From positions 110,536 through 174,535 of the IMG/VR virus record IMGVR_UViG_3300044297_000138: 64,000 nucleotides of DNA, one strand, 5' to 3'. Under the pieces are notes generated by a model. It was given only the letters and a program-made list of their open reading frames with translations. It was not told where the DNA came from and searched no databases. This stretch comes from a virus. Lineage: Duplodnaviria; Caudoviricetes. Shown here piece after piece: positions 1 to 9,102 of this stretch (position 1 is its first letter; every line of letters starts with the position of its first letter). The position numbers were made by a program, and so were the translations under genes.

Positions 1-676
1 CCTATTCATTGTTACCTCAGCACTAAAACCTTTAGGTGGTGCATTTAGTGATGGCGAAAGATTCCAACAAACTGTTGATGGAATTAGGTCTATAAGAAAG
101 GTTCTTCCGGATGCAATTATTGTGACTTCTGATGTGTCGGTCCGACCTCTATCGGAAATGGAAAGAAATGGGATTGCAAAACTATCAAATATATTTGTTG
201 ATATGTCACAAGATCAAGTTGTTATGGATTTATCTAACAAAGGAATGAAAAGTCTTGCTGAGAATGTATTGTTATTCAATACTATTCAAACGTTAAGAAA
301 TTCACCAGAAACAGCACAAATGATGAGTTCTGTAAAAAGAATTTTTAAATTTTCGGCCAGAACTATATTAGAAGATAGTTTTGACGCATCCGAATATGAT
401 GCCTTATTTGGTAAATTTGTTTTTAAAAAACGGATTCCTACATGGATGAATCCTCCTGTAATCTCAGACATTCTAATTACTAGGATGTTTTCTCTGTGTC
501 CGTCTTTAATTGATACATATTTGAGTGTGGTTGGTCAAAATATACAAGCCATACAACAAGGATTTGATACCGAACATGCACATTTTCACAACATTCCAAA
601 ACAACATTTAGTTGAGTTTGATAAACTACATTGTCACGGATGGCTGGCTGGAAATGGTAAAATTGAGTATTATTGA
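1..676 (+). CDS. Hypothetical protein, 5'-truncated (possibly glycosyltransferase-associated)
   Basis: Frame is open from the window start (LFIVTSALKPLGG...), so the track start at 122 is not the real start. No decisive motif. Confidence 0.45.
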   Translation, partial: LFIVTSALKPLGGAFSDGERFQQTVDGIRSIRKVLPDAIIVTSDVSVRPLSEMERNGIAKLSNIFVDMSQDQVVMDLSNKGMKSLAENVLLFNTIQTLRNSPETAQMMSSVKRIFKFSARTILEDSFDASEYDALFGKFVFKKRIPTWMNPPVISDILITRMFSLCPSLIDTYLSVVGQNIQAIQQGFDTEHAHFHNIPKQHLVEFDKLHCHGWLAGNGKIEYY

Positions 677-731
677 CGCTATATATCGTTTCCAACATTT
701 GTTTGGTTCTAGACCATACATTTAAATCTTA

Positions 732-739
732 TATAAATA
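732..739 (+). promoter_or_regulatory. T4-type late promoter TATAAATA
   Basis: Exact gp55 consensus in the intergenic region, about 40 nt upstream of ATG 781. Confidence 0.7.
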
Positions 740-780
740 TACCGCTGGCAACCAAAGTGTGTTGCATCCTAGAGGTACTA

Positions 781-1983
781 ATGTTAACTTTCAAGAGTTT
801 TTTAAAAGAACAAACTGATCCTGAAGAAGGCGCAAGCCGCCAAATAAAACATCTAACACATGTTGAGGATCGTCCTTTGCAAAAGGGAGAATCTGGATTT
901 AAACATGCCATCGGTTCACTAACGTCTGCGGCTGATCACATTGCAAAAGGTAAAAAGACTTCCGAACTCACAACAAAATATGATGGTTCACCAGCTATTG
1001 TTTATGGTCATCATCCAAAGAATGGTAAATTTTTTGTTGCTTCAAAGTCAGCTTTCAATAAAACACCAAAAATAAATTACACACCACAAGATATAGAAAA
1101 GAATCATGGCCATGCACCAGGTCTGGTTAGCAAATTAAAAGACGCATTAGAAAACTTACCAAAAATTGCACCAAAAGAAGGTGTCTATCAGGGTGATATG
1201 ATGTTTGGAAGTAGTAAGGGTGATAAAATTAAAGAAAAAGATGGCGGTCAGTCTTTTCATCCAAATCCATCAGGACTAACTTATACTGCCCACGGTGATG
1301 AAGCAAATAAAGTTAAAAAAGCCAAAATTGGTGTTGTTACACATCTTTCATATCATGGTGATGATGCATCAAATTTAAATGCATCACATGAAGTTAATCA
1401 CGAAAAATTTCAACAACACCCGGATGTTTATTCTGTAGATCCAAGAATGGACACAAGTAAAGTTCATTTCAGTCCAAAAGAAAAAAAAGAATTTGATAAA
1501 CATATCAGAGCTGCACAAGCTTTACATGACACACACGGTAGTGACATGTATGCAGGCACAAGAGATCACCAAGGTGTTGGTGGTCATTTGGAAACATATA
1601 TGAATCATACGGTTAGAACCGGTGAAGAACCAAACCATGAAAACTTTAAAAATTGGCTTGAAACTAAGACAAACAAAGACATTGACAAACTAAAAGTTGA
1701 AAAGAACAAACAAACAAAACAAAAAGCTTTGTCTGATGAATTAGGTAAAGTCGAAAGAAACAAAAAACATTATAACAATCTTTTCAAATTACACAAGCAT
1801 TTACAGAGCGCCAAGAATGTTTTAATAGGTGTATTAAATCAGCACCAAGAATTTCAACACAAACACGCAGGTGAAGATGCTAATCCAGAAGGTTATGTTT
1901 TTCATCACAACAACGATTCAGATAAACTTGTAAATCGTGCTGAATTTTCTCGTAGAAATTTTGCTGGTATAAGGAACATTTAA
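781..1983 (+). CDS. DUF6267-like protein with ATP-dependent ligase/nucleotidyltransferase motifs; probable internal head protein
   Basis: KHLTHVED N-terminal motif; ligase-like motifs TTKYDG (KxDG), YQGD, EGYV, KLVNR. Start moved to ATG 781 (SD gagg; MLTFKSFLKE). Confidence 0.6.
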   Translation: MLTFKSFLKEQTDPEEGASRQIKHLTHVEDRPLQKGESGFKHAIGSLTSAADHIAKGKKTSELTTKYDGSPAIVYGHHPKNGKFFVASKSAFNKTPKINYTPQDIEKNHGHAPGLVSKLKDALENLPKIAPKEGVYQGDMMFGSSKGDKIKEKDGGQSFHPNPSGLTYTAHGDEANKVKKAKIGVVTHLSYHGDDASNLNASHEVNHEKFQQHPDVYSVDPRMDTSKVHFSPKEKKEFDKHIRAAQALHDTHGSDMYAGTRDHQGVGGHLETYMNHTVRTGEEPNHENFKNWLETKTNKDIDKLKVEKNKQTKQKALSDELGKVERNKKHYNNLFKLHKHLQSAKNVLIGVLNQHQEFQHKHAGEDANPEGYVFHHNNDSDKLVNRAEFSRRNFAGIRNI

Positions 1984-1984
1984 A

Positions 1985-2959
1985 ATGCCAATGTCTTTTA
2001 AAGGATTTTTAATTGTTGAAGGTCGTGGCAAAATGACAGCTTCTGGTTCAGCTGGCGCCGAACATGTAAAAAAATATGTCAATCCATTTATTGGTTCTAA
2101 AGATTATACACATACATTAGCTGCTGAACATGATGATTTGCCAGCAGGTTCACATGTTAAATTGAAATCGGTGTCAAATATAAACGGAAAATATCATGTT
2201 AATGCCGAAGATCAAACCGGTAATGAACATACAATTCCAATTTCAAAATTATTTAAACCAGGTGAAGCTCCTGCCAATAAAGGTCACGATTACGAAAGTA
2301 AATTTGTGGAAAGAATGAAAAAACACGATATTATGCCATCACATTTGTCTGGCGCAGGTTCTACAGCAGGAACAGATTTTGCTATTGAAAATAAAAAGAA
2401 GGGTGTTTTTCATCCGGCCACAGTTAATGGAAATTTGTTAAACGGCGAAACTAAAGATGGTGTTACAGCCGCAATGGGACAACTAACAATACATTACACA
2501 AAAGAAAAAGGTTGGCACATTGGAGATAAAGCAAGAAACAACCGACCTTTATATGCAAAACAAATTGAAAAATCTGGAATTTTGAAACATATGAATCAAC
2601 ATTTTTCCGATCCAGAAAAATCCGAAACTACAGCATCAGGTCGTGCAAAAACAGTAGAAATCAAACACCCTAATTTGGATCCAGCCGAATCTTATTTACA
2701 AGATCATCATGTTCATGTATTACAGGTTGGTGGTCATGGAACATATAGTGTCGGAAAATCCGATGCAACTGGACACGGATTGCCAAGAATAAGCGGCAAA
2801 GGTGTTTGGAGAATTCGTGAAAAACAAAAAGGTAATAAATTTGCTAGAACTGTTGCTTTTCATCCTGACGGTAAAAAAGGATTAAATAAGAGTAATGTTG
2901 ATTTAGATAATGACGAACACCTTTTTGCATTTAAGAAAACTATAGGACACAAAGATTAA
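1985..2959 (+). CDS. Hypothetical protein, possible PD-(D/E)xK fold, capsid-targeting-like N-terminus
   Basis: GHDYE...GTDF...GETK pattern; N-terminus MSFKGFLIVE. Confidence 0.4.
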   Translation: MPMSFKGFLIVEGRGKMTASGSAGAEHVKKYVNPFIGSKDYTHTLAAEHDDLPAGSHVKLKSVSNINGKYHVNAEDQTGNEHTIPISKLFKPGEAPANKGHDYESKFVERMKKHDIMPSHLSGAGSTAGTDFAIENKKKGVFHPATVNGNLLNGETKDGVTAAMGQLTIHYTKEKGWHIGDKARNNRPLYAKQIEKSGILKHMNQHFSDPEKSETTASGRAKTVEIKHPNLDPAESYLQDHHVHVLQVGGHGTYSVGKSDATGHGLPRISGKGVWRIREKQKGNKFARTVAFHPDGKKGLNKSNVDLDNDEHLFAFKKTIGHKD

Positions 2960-4816
2960 ATGAAATCGTTTTTAGAAAGACTGCAAGACGAATCTAAAAC
3001 ACAAAAGCCAGTTGTTATGGCTTTTGGTAGAATGAATCCACCAACTACAGGACATGAAAAGTTGGTGAATAAAGTTCATCAGTTGGCCAAAGATTACAAT
3101 GCAGATCACAAAGTTGTCATATCACATTCTATTGATGCAAAGAAAAATCCATTGGATCCAAAGACCAAATTAAAACATGCAAAACGTTTTTTCCCTGGTA
3201 CAAACATTGAAACATCCGATAAAGAGCATCCAACTTTCTTGCAACATGCCGCCAAACTATTTCAACAAGGACACGATCATTTAATTATGGTGGCTGGTTC
3301 GGATAGAGTTAAAGAATATGAACAAAAACTAAAACAATATAATGGAACTGCACAAGGTTCACTATATAACTTCAAAAAGATAGAAGTCAAATCTGCCGGA
3401 CAACGTGATCCTGATGCAGAAGGAACCGAAGGTATGTCAGCATCTAAAATGCGTGAACATGCTCAAAATAATGATTTTAATAGTTTCAAACAAGGAATTC
3501 CTTCTCATGTTCCAGAAAAACATGCCAGGGAATTATTCCGTGATGTTAGAAGTGGCATGGGTTTAAATGAAAATACCAACCGTGGTATGTTTAAGGCTGT
3601 TTTTGTTACTGGTGGTCCAGGTTCAGGTAAAGATATCATTCTGAGAGAAGCCATTGCTGAACAAAAATCTATTGAAATAAATCTATTACAAGCCTTTCAA
3701 TATCTAGCCGATAAACAAAAATTGTCCGAAAAGACTGATGATTACCGTAGAAATGCGATTCGTAATCGTAAACCATTGATTATTAATGGTCCAGCAGATA
3801 AACAAAATGAGATGTTTTGGGTTAAGGAAGAGTTGGAAGAACTAGGATACGACACGATGATGATTTTTGTTGAATCTTCCGATGAAGTTAGCAAAATAAG
3901 AAATGAAAAATTAACAAAGATGATTGCAGAATCCACCAGAAAAGTAAAGTGGAAACAAGCACAAGAAAGTAAAGAACAATACCAAAACTCCTTTGAACAA
4001 TTTATCAGTTTGAACAATAGTGGTTCTTTGGAAGAAATAGAAGAAGATATCACAGATATATACCTAAAAATCAATAATTTTATTGAAGTTAAAATACTGA
4101 ACGAAGAAGCTTACGTATGGTTAGAAAACCACGGTAAGCTAAATAATATCATTAACCATTCTTTTGTTGAGGAAGAAAATCATGTTAAAAAAGATTCTAG
4201 ATTTATTCAAAGGCTCAAAGAAAGCAGAGGAAAGCCATCCTCTGGACTTCACGGAAAGAACAGCAGCGGTCCAAGACTCTACTCAGCCGGAGGTCCAGCA
4301 GCCAGTGGTCCAGGAGATATCCCAGCCGACAACCGAGCAAGTGACTCAGGAACAGACGATATCAAGTGGAACAGAAACGCCAAGCGAGGAAGTTACATCT
4401 TTAGAACCTACACAGAAGCCAAAGAAGGGACGCTCAAAAAATTCCCAGAGCCAAAAGAAAGCAACTTCAGCAAAGACAAAGAAAAAGTAAAGAATAAGAA
4501 AAACAGATTTGTTGACTCACCAACAGTTAATCAAAGAGTGAGAAACCAATCTGGAATAGGATCTGAATTTGACACTCGCCAACAGGGAACAGTATACCCT
4601 ATGTCTGGATTAGGCGATGTTACTTACAGAGAAGAAAAGAATTTTAATAAATTTAGAAAAGTTATTAATGAATATAATGGCTTCCAAAATGACCAGGAAT
4701 CTGGTTTTGGTGGTACATTAGGTGGATCTGATAATAAAGAACCCATTGAGAATCCAAAAGACAAAGTAGGATATACCTACGACATAATAAAAAGAAAAAA
4801 GGCAGGCAAAAAATGA
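2960..4816 (+). CDS. Cytidylyltransferase/NadD-like nucleotidyltransferase fused to a P-loop kinase-like domain and a low-complexity tail
   Basis: FGRMNPPTTGH (TxGH), AGSDR, MSASKMR, then VTGGPGSGKD Walker A. Confidence 0.75.
   Translation: MKSFLERLQDESKTQKPVVMAFGRMNPPTTGHEKLVNKVHQLAKDYNADHKVVISHSIDAKKNPLDPKTKLKHAKRFFPGTNIETSDKEHPTFLQHAAKLFQQGHDHLIMVAGSDRVKEYEQKLKQYNGTAQGSLYNFKKIEVKSAGQRDPDAEGTEGMSASKMREHAQNNDFNSFKQGIPSHVPEKHARELFRDVRSGMGLNENTNRGMFKAVFVTGGPGSGKDIILREAIAEQKSIEINLLQAFQYLADKQKLSEKTDDYRRNAIRNRKPLIINGPADKQNEMFWVKEELEELGYDTMMIFVESSDEVSKIRNEKLTKMIAESTRKVKWKQAQESKEQYQNSFEQFISLNNSGSLEEIEEDITDIYLKINNFIEVKILNEEAYVWLENHGKLNNIINHSFVEEENHVKKDSRFIQRLKESRGKPSSGLHGKNSSGPRLYSAGGPAASGPGDIPADNRASDSGTDDIKWNRNAKRGSYIFRTYTEAKEGTLKKFPEPKESNFSKDKEKVKNKKNRFVDSPTVNQRVRNQSGIGSEFDTRQQGTVYPMSGLGDVTYREEKNFNKFRKVINEYNGFQNDQESGFGGTLGGSDNKEPIENPKDKVGYTYDIIKRKKAGKK
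4182..4490 (+). CDS. Candidate nested (overprinted) gene in the +1 frame inside 2960-4816
   Basis: SD GAGGA upstream of ATG 4182; late-promoter-like CTAAATA at 4139-4145; 102-aa product MLKKILDLFK... with an acidic Q/E/T/P middle and a basic tail. Confidence 0.55.
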   Translation: MLKKILDLFKGSKKAEESHPLDFTERTAAVQDSTQPEVQQPVVQEISQPTTEQVTQEQTISSGTETPSEEVTSLEPTQKPKKGRSKNSQSQKKATSAKTKKK

Positions 4817-6114
4817 TTAATCTTAACAAAAAAGATTCTGTTGCAGATTCAATAAAATCTATTTTAGAGAAAAAAGAGCTTTCTCCTAAACAGAAACAAA
4901 TTGCTAAAATGTCTCCACCAGCAGATAAGATTGATGCAGGCGATTTAGCTAAGCTTCGTTCTGGTCAGAAACCAGTCAAAGAAGCAGCCAAAATGAAAGA
5001 AGAAGTGACAGACACACTAAAAGGTCGTGAAAAGAAATCTGCCGATCCTTATTTGTCTAAAAAAGTTAAGATTGCTGGTGATGTAAAAGAAGAAGTTGAA
5101 CAAATTGAAGAAAAAGAAAAGTGGATTCAAAAGGCTATCAAAAAACCAGGTGCTTTACATAAACAACTACATGTTCCTGCTGACAAAAAGATTCCTGCCG
5201 AAAAACTAAAGTCAGCTGCCGAAAAGGGTGGTAAACTAGGTAAGCGTGCCAACTTGGCCATGACTTTGAAAAAATTCAAAGAAGAAAACGAAGAACATTC
5301 AATCTATGACCAGATGATTCAGGAAGTTCTTTCTAAAGACGCAAAAGCTGGTGATTGGATTCACGATTTCGTTCACTCTGATAATCCAAAGTTTGCTGGT
5401 AAGTCCAAAGAGAAGCGTAAGCAAATGGCTCTTGCTGCTTACTACGCAAAGCAACGTAATGAAGAAGTTGAACATGATATTTGTCCAGAATGTATGCAGG
5501 ATCCATGCGTATGTGGTGGAAACCATGTTGAAGAATCGGTTGAACAGATTGATGAATTGTCAAAATCAACTTTAGGTTCTTATGTGAAAAGTGCGGCAAG
5601 AGATGTTGGTGCTTCTCGTAAACTTTCCGCCGACTTCCAGAATCAGGCAGATAAGGCTAGAAAACCTAGTTCAAAAGCAGCATCATCTAGTCTTTCCAAA
5701 AAATTCATGGCCACAGCCCAAAAGCGACATGCAGGTATTGGCAAAGCAGTCGAGCGTTTGACCAAAGAAGAATCTGAACAAGTAGAAGAAAACGCATTTG
5801 ATTGGAAGAAACCAAAACCACCAGAATCAAAAGGTGGTTCAGGTGTTAAAGCTGGTCGTGCATATGGTGGTGCTGCACAAAAGAGCAAACCAGAGCATGA
5901 CGAACCAGAAGATAAAAAAAAAGTAACTGAATCTAAAAGACCAGAAACCGATAATGTTCCATTTGAAGGACCATACAATTCAACATCCAATCCGGTTATA
6001 ACAGATAAATCTGGTGCAAAACATACACCAATGTCTAGAGTCAAACACTTGGCCAAACAAGCGATGAAAAAAGTTAAAACTGAAATGCTTGGCAAAACAG
6101 GTACTTCTGAATAA
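4813..6114 (+). CDS. Modular Lys/Glu-rich probable internal head (poly)protein
   Basis: Repeated EEvEQIdE linkers between small modules. Confidence 0.55.
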   Translation: MINLNKKDSVADSIKSILEKKELSPKQKQIAKMSPPADKIDAGDLAKLRSGQKPVKEAAKMKEEVTDTLKGREKKSADPYLSKKVKIAGDVKEEVEQIEEKEKWIQKAIKKPGALHKQLHVPADKKIPAEKLKSAAEKGGKLGKRANLAMTLKKFKEENEEHSIYDQMIQEVLSKDAKAGDWIHDFVHSDNPKFAGKSKEKRKQMALAAYYAKQRNEEVEHDICPECMQDPCVCGGNHVEESVEQIDELSKSTLGSYVKSAARDVGASRKLSADFQNQADKARKPSSKAASSSLSKKFMATAQKRHAGIGKAVERLTKEESEQVEENAFDWKKPKPPESKGGSGVKAGRAYGGAAQKSKPEHDEPEDKKKVTESKRPETDNVPFEGPYNSTSNPVITDKSGAKHTPMSRVKHLAKQAMKKVKTEMLGKTGTSE

Positions 6115-6123
6115 GGTATAGAA

Positions 6124-7242
6124 ATGACTAAAAAAGCAAAAATAGTCAAAGATGCAGTAAAAGGATGTGGGTGCGAAAAACCCACATTCGGTACTGATCC
6201 TAGAGATCCTTGGTCTGCAAAGGCAAACATTACCGAAAGTGCTTTACTGAATAGATATTTAAAATCTAGAGGTATCAATCCAGAATTTGCTTCTAAGGAT
6301 ACAAAAGTTGCACACTCAAAAACAAATGCATTTAAAGTTTGGGCAACTGCACATTTGAACGATCCAGTTAAAGAATCTATGTCGGATGAACATACACCGA
6401 CAGAAAAAAGATTACATACTCTAAAAAGAGCTATGCACTATAATAAAGAAATTCGTGTTGCGGATGGTCATAAACAACTACACTCTGAATCCGTAGATAA
6501 AGAAGATGTGATTGCTTTTGATATTCCTCTGTTAATTCGTATGTTTGAATATGCTCGTGAAGATGCAAAGACAGATATGGATTTACATAAGGTTGTGGAA
6601 AAATTAATTAAAATCCGCAAAAAAGGCACCTTGACGATGAAAGACTATAAGTTCGTTACTTCAATTCGTGAAGAGGTGCAAAGTGCTGGTGTTCAGTTGA
6701 ATGAATTGTCACCAGAACTTCTAAATCGTTACAGAGACAAAGCTGGAGAATCAGCCAAAGAATTGGCCAATAAAGGCGAATATAAAAAGTCTAATAAACG
6801 TTGGATGGGTCACATGAAGTCTACCGGAAAACAGATTGAAAAGATGTTCAATAAAGAAGATGTTTTCCATGGATCAACCGCAGCCACACAAATGCCTTTT
6901 GACGGCGCAAACAATCCGGACGATGTTATTCCTGCAAAACGCAAAAATGTGAAAGAAATGTCAAAATCAGCAAGGATCATCAAATCCATTTACAAACGTA
7001 AGAATGTAAAAGAAGAATTGTATGACCATGAAAAAGAAGATAAATCTGTTGCAACCTACGGTAAAAAACCCAAGTTCCAAAAACCTGGTGTTGATAGTGA
7101 AACAAAAGAATCACCACAAGCCGCAGCAGTTTTAAGTGGTGGAAAGACTATGACAGGTGCTTCAAGAGACACCATTGAAATTGATCCTATGATGAAAACC
7201 AAAAAACAAGCAATTTTCGGCTCACAGAAACCAATTAAATAA
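6124..7242 (+). CDS. Modular probable internal head protein
   Basis: Contains the LNELSPELLNRY module also seen in neighbours; many L/I/V-x-E sites. Confidence 0.5.
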   Translation: MTKKAKIVKDAVKGCGCEKPTFGTDPRDPWSAKANITESALLNRYLKSRGINPEFASKDTKVAHSKTNAFKVWATAHLNDPVKESMSDEHTPTEKRLHTLKRAMHYNKEIRVADGHKQLHSESVDKEDVIAFDIPLLIRMFEYAREDAKTDMDLHKVVEKLIKIRKKGTLTMKDYKFVTSIREEVQSAGVQLNELSPELLNRYRDKAGESAKELANKGEYKKSNKRWMGHMKSTGKQIEKMFNKEDVFHGSTAATQMPFDGANNPDDVIPAKRKNVKEMSKSARIIKSIYKRKNVKEELYDHEKEDKSVATYGKKPKFQKPGVDSETKESPQAAAVLSGGKTMTGASRDTIEIDPMMKTKKQAIFGSQKPIK

Positions 7243-7277
7243 ATACAACATAACCCTCGGTTAAAAGGAGAATAAGA

Positions 7278-7643
7278 ATGTCATCTTGGGGAAACAACGA
7301 TAATTCAGCTAACGCTCCATATTGGGCAGTTAGTTCCGCAATAGCACACAGTACAGCTGCAGTTAAAGTATCTGCACCAACAGCATCTAATGTTGCTATT
7401 TTGTATGCAAATACCACTTCCGGCGCATATATTGCCGGAGAAACTATTGGTCTTTTTGCTATTGATGCGGCCGAACAAGCCAATAATCAACAACAACATG
7501 CCATTCCACATACCGGTTGGGTTTATAAAACCACTGGTTCTGGTGGACGTGCAGGTAGAACACAATATGAAGTTCTTGTTGCCTTAGCACAAGTTAAAGG
7601 TGATGGCGATAACGGACTGATTGCAAATACTGCCAATCCATAA
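7278..7643 (+). CDS. Probable virion structural protein
   Basis: Ala/Asn/Gly-rich, starts MSSWG, strong SD aaggag, TAAATA upstream. Confidence 0.45.
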   Translation: MSSWGNNDNSANAPYWAVSSAIAHSTAAVKVSAPTASNVAILYANTTSGAYIAGETIGLFAIDAAEQANNQQQHAIPHTGWVYKTTGSGGRAGRTQYEVLVALAQVKGDGDNGLIANTANP

Positions 7644-7673
7644 TTAAAACAGGAGTTATAACTCCGATATACA

Positions 7674-8060
7674 ATGTTTGATGATTTGAATGATGAAAAT
7701 TTCGTGATGTATGCGGTGAAACATTATAATTCACCACAATGCATTATGTCAGAATTTGAGGGAGATATCAAGCGTACCAAGTATCTGAAAAGATTGTTTA
7801 GAAGATACAAAGTGACGAAATCACTAAAGGAACGCTTGATATTGAACCACATTATTCTATTGAACAATGTTTTTGGTCCAGAGGTCACAGCAAGAATATT
7901 GTTCTATAAAATAGATGAACGTGACTACGATATACTAAAGACATTTTTAGAATATCTCAATATTATGCCAGAAGCAGTATATGGTATCAGAGGTAAAAAT
8001 TTTTATTCTTCCGAGATACCATTAAATTCAGATATCGCAGAGGTATTATTAAAGATATGA
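7674..8060 (+). CDS. Conserved T4-like phage hypothetical protein
   Basis: F.M.A.K.Y...EF..D.KR.KY.KRL...LILNHII.L.NVFG pattern typical of T4-like core hypotheticals. Confidence 0.6.
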   Translation: MFDDLNDENFVMYAVKHYNSPQCIMSEFEGDIKRTKYLKRLFRRYKVTKSLKERLILNHIILLNNVFGPEVTARILFYKIDERDYDILKTFLEYLNIMPEAVYGIRGKNFYSSEIPLNSDIAEVLLKI

Positions 8061-8923
8061 AAACATTTAAAGAATATATCAACGAAGTCAAGAAGCCAAC
8101 AGGACAATTAAAAGATGCTTGCTGGTCAGGTTATACTGCTGTCGGCATGAAAGAAAAGAATGGTCGCAAAGTTCCTAATTGCGTACCTGAAGAAGTTGAA
8201 ATTCAAGAAGAATTCAAAAAAGGTGACAGAGTAAGACACAATGATGGCACATTAGGTACCGTAACTAGAGAACCAGATGAGCAAGGCCTAGTTCAATGGA
8301 AACATGCGGGAAATAAACACCGTGTAAGTAGTAAAAATGTTTTGAAATCTGCTGCCGATGAAAAATTTCGTTGGCGCCAGCAAAAAGAAGAAGTTGAACA
8401 GATTGATGAAATCAGTCAAAAAACTTTATCATCATATACAGCCAAAGCTTACAAAGATTATTCAGACAGATTAAAAGGCTGGACTAAAAAAGGTCCAGAA
8501 AACATGGCAAAAGCCGATAAAAGATTTAAAGGCTTAACTGCTGCTGCAAAAAGAGGACCAAAGACACATCAAGTTCCTCCTGGAAAAGAACCAGTAGATA
8601 AATCTGGACGTCCATACTGGGGTGAAGAAACAGAACAGTTGGATGAAAAGTCAGCAGCATGGCAACGTAAAGAAGGTAAGAATCCTTCAGGCGGTCTAAA
8701 TGCAAAAGGTGTGGCATCTTATCGCAGAGAAAATCCAGGTTCAAAATTAAAGACAGCTGTTACAACAAAACCATCCAAATTAAAACCAGGTTCTAAAGCA
8801 GCAAACCGCCGTAAGTCTTTCTGTGCAAGAATGGGTGGAATGAAGAAACGCCTAACATCAGCCAAAACTGCTCGTGATCCAAATTCACGCATCAATAAGT
8901 CACTAAGAAAGTGGAACTGCTGA
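8057..8923 (+). CDS. Modular internal head protein with DUF6321-like C-terminal domain
   Basis: N-terminus MKTFKEYINE; CWSGY...KVPNCVPE module; AWQRKEGKNPSGGLN...RKSFCARM...WNC. Confidence 0.6.
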   Translation: MKTFKEYINEVKKPTGQLKDACWSGYTAVGMKEKNGRKVPNCVPEEVEIQEEFKKGDRVRHNDGTLGTVTREPDEQGLVQWKHAGNKHRVSSKNVLKSAADEKFRWRQQKEEVEQIDEISQKTLSSYTAKAYKDYSDRLKGWTKKGPENMAKADKRFKGLTAAAKRGPKTHQVPPGKEPVDKSGRPYWGEETEQLDEKSAAWQRKEGKNPSGGLNAKGVASYRRENPGSKLKTAVTTKPSKLKPGSKAANRRKSFCARMGGMKKRLTSAKTARDPNSRINKSLRKWNC

Positions 8924-9102
8924 TGAAAACCTTTAGACAGTTTAATGAAGATGGCATGGCCGCAGCACCAACAAATAGTGTTTCTGGTGTAGCTGGTTCT
9001 GGTGATTCCAGATTACCTGCATCACAAAGAGAACCTGGTGTTTCCAAAAAAAGAACTCCAATAATCGTGAGGTTGGCTAGAAGAAAACTGCCAAATATGT
9101 AA
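8923..9102 (+). CDS. Small protein with capsid-targeting-like N-terminus
   Basis: MKTFRQFNE; ATG overlaps the upstream TGA. Confidence 0.5.
   Translation: MKTFRQFNEDGMAAAPTNSVSGVAGSGDSRLPASQREPGVSKKRTPIIVRLARRKLPNM

Noticed and set aside
673-780. N-terminal extension of the 673-1983 ORF
   Set aside because: The region contains the late promoter and a small hairpin; ATG 781 has an SD and a capsid-targeting-like start.
5643-6278. Long antisense ORFs (for example 5643-6278, 33072-33653, 39235-39846, 47419-47940, 51656-52171)
   Set aside because: They shadow well-supported plus-strand genes and lack SD sequences or motifs.
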